From Candidatus Eiseniibacteriota bacterium (lineage in GTDB: Bacteria; Eisenbacteria; RBG-16-71-46): DNA of 64,000 nucleotides. The stretch's first letter is position 1. Every line of letters starts with the position of its first letter. The notes under the pieces are model-generated. The model saw only the letters and a program-made list of their open reading frames with translations, made no database searches and had not been told where the DNA came from. The translations under genes and the position numbers were made by a program. The stretch lies in the NCBI GenBank assembly GCA_046327815.1, contig JAXLXR010000015.1, positions 28,073-92,072 on the forward strand, in the 5' to 3' direction. Shown in pieces: positions 39,321 to 47,419 of this stretch.

Positions 39321-41992
39321 TTGTGCGTGAGCCTCGTGGTCCATCGGGACAGCAACAGGATCGGGGTCTCCGTGCTGTCGGGCGGCTGCGTGCTGAGCAG
39401 CAGGCGATTCGGGTCCGGACCCGGATCGAACCATGGAATCGACATGGGTGGCCGCTTCTGGAACAGGGGTGTCACGGTGCCCATCTCGAAACCGCCGCCG
39501 GCGCCGGTACGCACCTGCACGGCGATGATCCGGTTGTCCGCGTCCGCGTAGAACAGCTCGCGACCGTCGCCCCCCCAGCGCGGGAAATCCCCGCCGTCGC
39601 TCGAGACCTGCCATTTCGCGCCGCTCATCGGCCACGTGGTCACGTAAACCTCGGAGCGTCCGTCGTGATCCTGCGAGTAGGCGAGCCAGCGCCCGTCGGA
39701 GCAGAGGTGTGCGGAGTTCACGCGTCCGGTCACCAGTCGCACCGTCGAATCGGGTCCGCCACGCTGGGACGCGTAGAGCCCCGGGTCGTCCGCCGTATTG
39801 CTGTAGATGAGCGTCCGCCCGTCGGGCGTCACGCTGAGCGGCCAGAGCACGCCGCGCGGACTCGTGAACACCGCACCCGGAACACCGTCGAGCGATTGCA
39901 CCAGGAAGCCCGACTTGCGCAGGCCATTCCAGCCGCCGTTCACCACGATCTCGCGTCCGTCGGGCATCCAGCAGGCCCCCGGGTGATCGCCGTCGTCCAT
40001 GGTCACGCGGCGCTTGCGGCCCGTCGCGACGTCCAGGTACCAGGCGTTCGAGGCGCCCGTGACGGTGTCGAGGATCGTCATGAGCACGCTGCGCCCGTCG
40101 GGCGAAATCTGCGGCTGGCCGCCGTACGTGTACTGCTCGAGTTCCCCGAGGGTGCCGAGCGAGCGCCCGGAGCGATCGAACCACTCGAGCCGCGTGCGCA
40201 GTTCGTTGGAGCCGAGGAACGCCACGAGTACGCCGTTCGGCGACGCCGCCCAGCTGCCGCGGCTGTAGCGCTCCTCCCAGTTCACGCCGGAAACCACCGC
40301 GAGCGCCCGGCCGCTCACGCGCAGCGAGCGCGGATCGAACGGCTGCGCGAACAACACGCCGTCGCGCACGAACAGCAGGTGGCCGTCCGAGTACGCCATG
40401 CTCGAGGCGACTTCGAGCACGGGTACGCGCTTCGTGCTGCCGAGCGCCTGCGCGTAGAGCATCGGCTTGCGGCCCTTGCCCGCCGAGCCCGAGCGAGCGA
40501 GAAAGAGGTAGTGCCGCCCGTCCGGCAGGAAGTGCGGGAACCGGTGGGTGTCCTCGTTCGCCGTGGTGTCCAGCTCCGTCGCGTGCGTGACCGGCCCGCC
40601 CGTGGCGAGCACGCGCATCAGCGGGCCGTAGGAATCGCCCGAGAACAACAGCACGTCGTCGCGCCCCCACGTCACGCCCCGGCCATCGGGTGCATCCGCG
40701 AGCACGGCGGGCGATCCGCCCGCCAGGTCCACGCGCTTGAGCTTGCCGTTCGCGAAGAACGCGATCGCGTGGTCGTCGAACGAGAAGCACGGTCCGCGAC
40801 CATCCTCGGTGCCGGGAATGGCACGCGCGGTTTCGGAGCCCAGCTCACGCAGGAACAGCCTTGCACGCCCCTCCCCCTCGAACGCGGAGTAGACGACGAA
40901 CCGCCCGTCGTGGGACAGCGCGAGCGGCTGCGGCACCTGGAGCCCGAGCGCGAAGTGATGCCCCACGGGCGGCAGCAGGTACGCCTCCACCGCCGGCGAC
41001 GCAGCCCGCGGCTTCATCGCCACGAACGCCGCCACCACGGCGGCCGCCACCGCGAGCGCGGCGATCGCCCAGGGCAACGCGTTCGCGCGCGCCACTCGCG
41101 GGGACGCCGGCGCCTGGCCTTCGTCACCCGCCGCGATCGCGTCGAGTTCGAGCTTCACGTCGCCGATGTCGCGCTGGCGCAGCTTGGCGTCCTTGGTCAG
41201 GCAGCGCCGCAGCAGCGCCACCAGCCGCGGCGGCGTGCCCGCGGGCAGCGCGCTCCACTCGGGGTCGCGCTCGAGGATGCGCGCCACCATGTCGCTCACC
41301 GTCTCGCCGTCGTACGCGCGGCGCCCGGTCAGCATCTCGAACAGCACGCAGCCGAACGACCAGATGTCCGTGCGGCGGTCCACCGCCTTGCCGCGCGCCT
41401 GCTCGGGGCTCATGTATGCCGCGGTGCCGAGGATCATGCCCGCCTCGGTGCCGTGGTACGTCATGGTCGGCGACGCCGACAGCCTGGGATCGGAGCTCGC
41501 GCTGCGCTGCCCACCGCCGCCCTTGGCGAGCCCGAAGTCGAGCACCTTCACCACGCCGCCGCCCGTCAGCATGACGTTGCCGGGCTTCAGGTCGCGATGC
41601 ACCACGCCGGCTTCGTGCGCGGCCTCGACGCCCGCCGCGACCTGCCGCGCCACGTCGAGCACGTCGGCCAGCGGCAGCGGGCCGCCGCGCAGCGCGGCTT
41701 CGAGCGTCTCGCCGTCCACGAACTCGAGCACCAGGTAGCGCGCGCCGTCCACGTCCTCGATGCCGTGGATGCCGGCGACGTTCGGGTGGTTGAGCGAGGC
41801 GAGCAGCTTGGCCTCGCGCTCGAACCGCGCGAGCCGCTCGGGATCCTGCGCGAACGCCGCCGGCAGCGCCTTGATCGCCACGTCGCGGCCGAGCCGCGTG
41901 TCGCGCGCGCGGTGCACTTCACCCATGCCGCCCGCGCCGAGCGGCGCGACGAGTTCGTAGGGTCCGAGTCTGGTGCCGGGAGTCAGGGGCAT
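39317..41992 (-). CDS. Ser/Thr protein kinase with a TM helix and a C-terminal TolB/PD40-type beta-propeller ectodomain
   Basis: Start MPLTPGTRLGPYELVAPLGAGGMGEVHRARD at 41992. The 27-aa track extension is rejected. TM LPWAIAALAVAAAVVAAFVAM. The propeller region differs from that of 36627..39320 despite the near-identical kinase domains. Confidence 0.85.
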   Translation of the reverse strand: MPLTPGTRLGPYELVAPLGAGGMGEVHRARDTRLGRDVAIKALPAAFAQDPERLARFEREAKLLASLNHPNVAGIHGIEDVDGARYLVLEFVDGETLEAALRGGPLPLADVLDVARQVAAGVEAAHEAGVVHRDLKPGNVMLTGGGVVKVLDFGLAKGGGGQRSASSDPRLSASPTMTYHGTEAGMILGTAAYMSPEQARGKAVDRRTDIWSFGCVLFEMLTGRRAYDGETVSDMVARILERDPEWSALPAGTPPRLVALLRRCLTKDAKLRQRDIGDVKLELDAIAAGDEGQAPASPRVARANALPWAIAALAVAAAVVAAFVAMKPRAASPAVEAYLLPPVGHHFALGLQVPQPLALSHDGRFVVYSAFEGEGRARLFLRELGSETARAIPGTEDGRGPCFSFDDHAIAFFANGKLKRVDLAGGSPAVLADAPDGRGVTWGRDDVLLFSGDSYGPLMRVLATGGPVTHATELDTTANEDTHRFPHFLPDGRHYLFLARSGSAGKGRKPMLYAQALGSTKRVPVLEVASSMAYSDGHLLFVRDGVLFAQPFDPRSLRVSGRALAVVSGVNWEERYSRGSWAASPNGVLVAFLGSNELRTRLEWFDRSGRSLGTLGELEQYTYGGQPQISPDGRSVLMTILDTVTGASNAWYLDVATGRKRRVTMDDGDHPGACWMPDGREIVVNGGWNGLRKSGFLVQSLDGVPGAVFTSPRGVLWPLSVTPDGRTLIYSNTADDPGLYASQRGGPDSTVRLVTGRVNSAHLCSDGRWLAYSQDHDGRSEVYVTTWPMSGAKWQVSSDGGDFPRWGGDGRELFYADADNRIIAVQVRTGAGGGFEMGTVTPLFQKRPPMSIPWFDPGPDPNRLLLSTQPPDSTETPILLLSRWTTRLTHK
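41124..41982 (-). repeat. Copy 2 of the ~859-bp near-identical direct repeat (kinase-domain coding sequence)
   Basis: See copy 1 (38452..39310). Same strand and same reading frame, within adjacent paralogous kinase genes. Confidence 0.8.
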
Positions 41993-42297
41993 GCGGCCGT
42001 CGGGGTGGATGTCGTGTGGGTCGGGCCACGGCGGGGGCCGGGCCTGCAGCAGGGAACCAGTACGTCTCGCCAACGAGAATCGAGGTCGCTTTCGAGAAGT
42101 GGTGGGCCGACTGACACATCACCCATCCTCGCGCGCAGGGGCGTGCGCACGGGTCCGCCGCTCCGGGCGAGCACCGGGTGCGGAAGGCCCGCCGACACTA
42201 CCCGAGCGGCGCAGGTGGCGACACGAAAATCTGCGGCGCCGGCCGCCTCGACGAATGACTTTGCGCTCGCGCGCCACTGCCCTATCGTGCCGCGCGC

Positions 42298-44586
42298 ATG
42301 TCGCGCCTCGCTCCCGGCACCCGGCTCGGTCCCTACGCCATCGTCGCGCCCCTCGGCGCGGGCGGCATGGGCGAGGTGTACCGCGCGACCGACTCCCGGC
42401 TCGGCCGCGACGTGGCGCTCAAGGTGCTGCCCGAGACCGTGGCCGCCGACGCCGAACGGCTCGCGCGCTTCGAGCGCGAGGCCCGCACGGTGGCGCTGCT
42501 CAACCATCCGAACATCGTGACGCTGCACTCGATCGAGGAGGCCGCCGGCGTGCGGTTCCTCACCATGGAGCTGGTCGAGGGCGACAGCCTCGCGGAGCGC
42601 ATCGCGACCGGCGGCCTCGAGCCGCTCACCGCGCTCAAGTGGGCCGTCGCGCTGGCGGACGCGCTCGGCGCCGCGCACGAGCGCGGGGTCGTGCATCGCG
42701 ACCTCAAGCCGGCGAACGTGATGATCTCGCGCGAGGGCCGGGTCAAGGTGCTCGACTTCGGGCTCGCCAAGACGGCCGACGACGACGCCGGCGGGCCGGC
42801 GCCCGACGGCGACCTGCAGACGCAGGCGATGACGGTGCAGGCACCGCTCTCGCGCGACGGCCAGGTCATGGGCACGACCGCCTACATGGCGCCCGAGCAG
42901 GTGCGCGGCGACAAGGTGGACGCGCGCACGGACCTGTTCGCGTTCGGCATCGTGATGTACGAGATGCTCACCGGGCAGCGCCCGTTCACGGGCCGCACGA
43001 GCGCGGACGTCTCGACCGCGATCCTGCGCGACCTGCCCCCCGCGCTGAAGTCGGTGCGCACCGAGCTGCCGCCGGCACTCGACCGCATCGTCGGGCGTTG
43101 CCTCGAGAAGGATCCCGCGCGGCGGTTCGCGACGGCGTCCGAACTGCGCGCCGAACTCGCGGCCGCGAGGCGCGAGCTGGAGTCGCGCACGCACACCAGT
43201 TCGGCCGGTGCGGCGGCCGCCGCGGCCGCCGTGGCGCCGTCGCTCGCCGTGCTGCCGTTCGCGAACATGAGCGCCGATCCCGAGAACGAGTTCTTCTCCG
43301 ACGGCCTCGCCGAGGAACTGCTCAACGTGCTCGCCCGCAACGCCGGCCTGCGCGTCGTGGGCCGCACGTCGAGCTTCGCGTTCAAGGGCAAGCAGGAGGA
43401 CCTGCGCGAAATCGGCCAGAAGCTCGGCGTGGCCACGCTGCTCGAAGGCAGCGTGCGCAAGGCGGGCCACCGCGTGCGCATCAACGTCAAGCTCGTGAAG
43501 GTGTCGGACGGCTTCCAGCTCTGGGGCGAGACGTTCGACCGCGTGCTCGACGACGTGTTCGCCGTGCAGGACGAGATCGCGAACAGCGTGGCGCTGGCGA
43601 TGAACGTGACGCTCCTCGGCACGCCCTCCGCGGCCCCCGCGCCGCAGAAGGTCGAGACGTTCGAGCTGCTGCTGCACGCGCACCACCTCGCGCAGCAGCA
43701 GAGCGGCGAATCGGTCGCCCGCGCGATCGAGCTGTATCGCGAGGCGATCGCCAAGGCGCCGGACGACGCGCGCGCGTGGGCGGGGCTCGCGTGGTGCCAC
43801 ACGTCGCAGTACTGGCGTGGCGAACTGGCCGGGCATCCGGAGGTCCACACGCGCGCCCGCGAGGCGGCGGACAAGGCCATCGCGCTGGACCCGAACCTCG
43901 CGACGGCGTGGGAAACGCACAGCATGATCCTGGGGCCGATCGAGTTCCGCTGGGCCGAGTCGCACGACGCCATCCGCAAGGCGCACGCGCTCGCGCCGGG
44001 CAGCGGCACGATCCTCATGGGGCTCGCGATCATCGAGGCGGTGCTGGGCGACGTGAAGACGGGGCTCGAGCTGAGCGAGCGGGCGCTCGCGCTCGACCCT
44101 CTGTCACCGAACAACGTGCTCAACCGCGGCCGGCTGCTGGCGTGGACGGGACACCACGCCGAAGCCGAACGCACCATCCGCCGCGCGCTCGAGCTGAGTC
44201 CCGGCATTCCGAGCGCCTGGGCACAGCTCGCGTGGACGCTCTACTACCAGGGCCGCAAGGAAGAGTCCGCGGCCACGGCGCGCCACGAGGCGCGGACGGG
44301 CTACCGGGCGTGGTACGAGGCCTCCGTGCACCACCTCGAAGGCGATCGGGCGGCCTCCGACCGTGCGCTCGCGGAGCTGGTGGCGCTGGGTGAGAGCTGG
44401 GGCTTCCAGATCGCCATGGTCCACGCCGTGCGCGGTGAGAAGGACGACGCATTCCGTTGGCTCGAGCGCTCGTACGAGCTGCGCGACGCCGGGCTTTCGA
44501 TCGGCACGCTCTGCCCGCAGCTCGCTCCGCTGCACGACGACCCGCGCTGGCTGCCGTTCCAGCGCCGGATCGGGCTGCGCCACTAG
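42298..44586 (+). CDS. Ser/Thr protein kinase with a C-terminal TolB-N-like alpha/beta module and TPR repeats
   Basis: MSRLAPGTRLGPYAIVAPLGAGGMGEVYRATD, VALKVL, HRDLKPANVMI, DFGLAK, APEQ. After the kinase domain comes LAVLPFANMSADPENEFFSDGLAEELLNVLAR..GLRVVGRTSSFAFKG, a block typical of TolB-N-terminal-like sensor modules. This is followed by Ala/Leu-rich TPR-like helices (AWAGLAWCH..., ATAWETHSM...). Confidence 0.85.
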   Translation: MSRLAPGTRLGPYAIVAPLGAGGMGEVYRATDSRLGRDVALKVLPETVAADAERLARFEREARTVALLNHPNIVTLHSIEEAAGVRFLTMELVEGDSLAERIATGGLEPLTALKWAVALADALGAAHERGVVHRDLKPANVMISREGRVKVLDFGLAKTADDDAGGPAPDGDLQTQAMTVQAPLSRDGQVMGTTAYMAPEQVRGDKVDARTDLFAFGIVMYEMLTGQRPFTGRTSADVSTAILRDLPPALKSVRTELPPALDRIVGRCLEKDPARRFATASELRAELAAARRELESRTHTSSAGAAAAAAAVAPSLAVLPFANMSADPENEFFSDGLAEELLNVLARNAGLRVVGRTSSFAFKGKQEDLREIGQKLGVATLLEGSVRKAGHRVRINVKLVKVSDGFQLWGETFDRVLDDVFAVQDEIANSVALAMNVTLLGTPSAAPAPQKVETFELLLHAHHLAQQQSGESVARAIELYREAIAKAPDDARAWAGLAWCHTSQYWRGELAGHPEVHTRAREAADKAIALDPNLATAWETHSMILGPIEFRWAESHDAIRKAHALAPGSGTILMGLAIIEAVLGDVKTGLELSERALALDPLSPNNVLNRGRLLAWTGHHAEAERTIRRALELSPGIPSAWAQLAWTLYYQGRKEESAATARHEARTGYRAWYEASVHHLEGDRAASDRALAELVALGESWGFQIAMVHAVRGEKDDAFRWLERSYELRDAGLSIGTLCPQLAPLHDDPRWLPFQRRIGLRH

Positions 44587-44640
44587 CCGGCGCCGGTTTC
44601 GCCGCACGTTTTCTGCTGCGCCGCGCGACCCCGCGCCGCT

Positions 44641-47409
44641 ATGGTGCCGCCCATGCCCTATTGCTCGCAGTGCGCTCAGGCGTTGTCCGACGCCGCGAAG
44701 TTCTGTCCCGCCTGCGGCGCCGCCGTGGTGCCGCCGACCGCGGTGCCCGCGCCGCACGCGGCCACGAAGCCCGCGCCCACGCGCGCGGCCTCCGACGCGC
44801 CGGTCACGGCCGACCTCACGCGCACCTCCGACCCGAACGCCGCGCCGAGCCTGCCGCCCACCTCGGGCGATCACGGCCGCTTCGAGCCGGGCACGCGGCT
44901 CGGCACGCGCTGGCGCATCGTCGGCCTGCTCGGCCGCGGCGGCATGGGCGAAGTCTATCGCGCCGACGACCTCGAGCTGGGCCAGTCGGTCGCGCTCAAG
45001 TTCCTGCCCGCATCCGTGGCGAACGACTCGCGCGAGCTCGCGCGCTTCCGCAACGAAGTGCGGGTCGCGCGGCAGATCGCGCACCCGAACGTCTGCCGCG
45101 TGTACGACATCGGCGAAGTGGACGGGCACGTATTCCTGTCCATGGAGTACATCGACGGCGAGGACCTCGCCTCGGTGCTGCGCCGCATGGGCCGGCCGAC
45201 CGAGGACAAGGCGGTCGAGATCGCACGCCAGGTCTGCCTCGGGCTCGCGGCCGCGCACGAAGCCGGCATGCTGCACCGCGACCTGAAGCCCGCGAACATC
45301 ATGATCGACGGCCGCGGCCGCGCGCGCATCACCGACTTCGGGCTCGCGGGGCTCGCGAGCGAGCTGGCGCGCGGCGGGCAGGTCGCGGGCACGCCCGCGT
45401 ACATGGCGCCCGAACAGCTCGCCGACGGCACCGTGAGCGTGCGCAGCGACGTCTATTCCCTCGGGCTCGTGCTGTACGAACTGTTCACGGGCAAGCGCGT
45501 GTTCGAGGCGAAGAGCATCGCCGAACTGCGCCAGCAGCACGACTCCAGCTCGATCACCTCGCCCAGTTCGCTCGCGCGCGGCATCACGCCGGCCGTCGAG
45601 CGACTGATCCTGCACTGCCTCGAGCGCGACGTGGACCTGCGCCCGCCGTCGGCGTACGCCGTGCTCGGTGCGCTGCCGGGCGGCGATCCGCTCGCCGCGG
45701 CGATGGCCGCCGGCGAGACGCCGTCGCCCGAACTCGTCGCGAACGCGGCCGAACGCGGCGGGCTCTCGCCACTTCACGCGCTGGCGCTGCTCGTCGTGCT
45801 CGCCGGCGCCCTCGCGGGGCTCGGCGCCATGCTCGGACCGGAGTTCCGGCCGCTCAAGCAGCCCGCCGCCAAGCTCGAGGTGCGCGCGGAGGAAGTGTTG
45901 CGCAAGACCGGCGCGTTCGACGAGCTGCCTGCGCACACCGCCGGCACGTTCTCGCAGAACGACGCCTACCTCGAACATCTCATGAAGGAGAAGCGCGCGC
46001 GCGCCGGCGAGTACGGCACGGCCTTCTACTGGCAGCGCTGGGCGCCGCGGCTGATCGAGAATCCGCGCCTGCACGCCGAGGTCCCGAACCCGGTCGCGCC
46101 CGCGACGCTCGGCAACAGTTCGGCGATCGTGCTGCTCGACCCGAACGGCCGCCTGGTCGGGCTGCGCGCCGAGCCGCCGGACACCGTGAAGGCCCGCAAC
46201 GGCGGGCGGCCGGACTGGAACGGCTGGTTCGCGGCCTTCGGAATGGACAGCAATGCCTACACGCCGGTGCCACTCGTACGCCCCGTGCCCGCGCTCTGCG
46301 ACACCGCGATGGCGTGGCACGGGCCGTCGCCGTGGACCGGAGGCGACACGGCCACGGTACAGATGGGCGCCTCCCGTGGACGGCTGACGCATTTCACGGT
46401 GGTGAGCGACTGGGGCGTGACGAATACGCCGGTGGACGAGCTCGCCCCCGTCACCACGGGACCGTTCGATTTCCTGCTCGAGCTGTTCCTCGACGTGCTG
46501 CCGTACGTGCTCTCGGTCTATTTCGCGTGGCGGAACCTGAAGCTCGGACGCGGCGACTGGCGAGGCGCCACGCGCATCGCGGTGTTCGTGTTCTTCATGA
46601 ACATCGGCGAAGCCGTGTTCTCGAACCGGCTGTCCGAAGTGGGCGTGACCGGCCTGCTCGGCGACCTGTTCAGCGGACGAGCGCAGGGCCACTCGTTGAT
46701 CCACGCGATGGGCATGTGGTTCGCCTACGTGGCGCTGGAGCCCTACGTGCGCCGGTTGTGGCCTCGGCTGCTCGTGTCGTGGACGCGGCTGCTGTCGGGC
46801 CGCTTCCGCGACCCGCTCGTGGGCCGCGACCTGCTCGTGGGCGCCGCGCTCGGCGCGGCCGTGTCCGCACTCTCGATCGCGAACTACGCGATCGCGCCCA
46901 AGCTCGGGCTCGGCTGGGTGCCCGCGCTGGCCTCGTTCTCGCAGTTCGAGGCGCTCACGCCCGGCTACCTGTCGGTCGGGCTCTGCTACTCCGGCTCGAT
47001 CTGCGTGCTGAACGTGCTGCAGGCGCTCTTCGTCCTGCTCATGCTGCGCCTGCTGCTGCGCCACACCGGCATCGCGCTCGCGGCGTGCTTCACGCTGTTC
47101 GCGCTGTCGAACGCCTCGGGTGCCGCGCCGCAGATCGGCTGGAAGCTGGCGCTGCTCGTCGGGATCTGGGGATCGCTGAGCTTCGTGCTGATCCTGCGCG
47201 TGGGCCTGCTCGCCACGGTCGTGGCGGCGTGGACGGGGCTCGTGCTCTCCTATGTGGCCGCGACGCTCGACTTCGGCTCGTGGTACGGCGGGATCGCGCT
47301 GCTGCCGATGGCGCTCGTGTTCGGCATCGCCTCCTGGGGCGCGGTGAACGCGCTCGCGGGCAAGTCGATCCTCGGAGATCCGCTGGAGGAAGCCCCGCGC
47401 GCGAAGTGA
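44641..47409 (+). CDS. Ser/Thr protein kinase with an N-terminal zinc-ribbon and a C-terminal polytopic membrane domain
   Basis: N-terminal CSQCAQ...CPACG zinc-ribbon. Kinase domain LGRGGMGEVYRADD...VALKFL...HRDLKPANIMI...DFGLAG...APEQ. TM LHALALLVVLAGALAGLGAML. Then a ~330-aa region, and a C-terminal cluster of at least six hydrophobic helices (LSVYFAW..., IAVFVFFM..., LALLVGIWGSLSFVLIL..., ALLPMALVFGIASW). Confidence 0.8.
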   Translation: MVPPMPYCSQCAQALSDAAKFCPACGAAVVPPTAVPAPHAATKPAPTRAASDAPVTADLTRTSDPNAAPSLPPTSGDHGRFEPGTRLGTRWRIVGLLGRGGMGEVYRADDLELGQSVALKFLPASVANDSRELARFRNEVRVARQIAHPNVCRVYDIGEVDGHVFLSMEYIDGEDLASVLRRMGRPTEDKAVEIARQVCLGLAAAHEAGMLHRDLKPANIMIDGRGRARITDFGLAGLASELARGGQVAGTPAYMAPEQLADGTVSVRSDVYSLGLVLYELFTGKRVFEAKSIAELRQQHDSSSITSPSSLARGITPAVERLILHCLERDVDLRPPSAYAVLGALPGGDPLAAAMAAGETPSPELVANAAERGGLSPLHALALLVVLAGALAGLGAMLGPEFRPLKQPAAKLEVRAEEVLRKTGAFDELPAHTAGTFSQNDAYLEHLMKEKRARAGEYGTAFYWQRWAPRLIENPRLHAEVPNPVAPATLGNSSAIVLLDPNGRLVGLRAEPPDTVKARNGGRPDWNGWFAAFGMDSNAYTPVPLVRPVPALCDTAMAWHGPSPWTGGDTATVQMGASRGRLTHFTVVSDWGVTNTPVDELAPVTTGPFDFLLELFLDVLPYVLSVYFAWRNLKLGRGDWRGATRIAVFVFFMNIGEAVFSNRLSEVGVTGLLGDLFSGRAQGHSLIHAMGMWFAYVALEPYVRRLWPRLLVSWTRLLSGRFRDPLVGRDLLVGAALGAAVSALSIANYAIAPKLGLGWVPALASFSQFEALTPGYLSVGLCYSGSICVLNVLQALFVLLMLRLLLRHTGIALAACFTLFALSNASGAAPQIGWKLALLVGIWGSLSFVLILRVGLLATVVAAWTGLVLSYVAATLDFGSWYGGIALLPMALVFGIASWGAVNALAGKSILGDPLEEAPRAK

Positions 47410-47419
47410 CGCGCGCGGG

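Noticed and set aside
38452-41982. The 859-bp duplicated tract as an insertion sequence or other mobile element
   Set aside because: Both copies lie in-frame inside kinase genes and encode the kinase domain. There is no transposase, inverted terminal repeat or target-site duplication.
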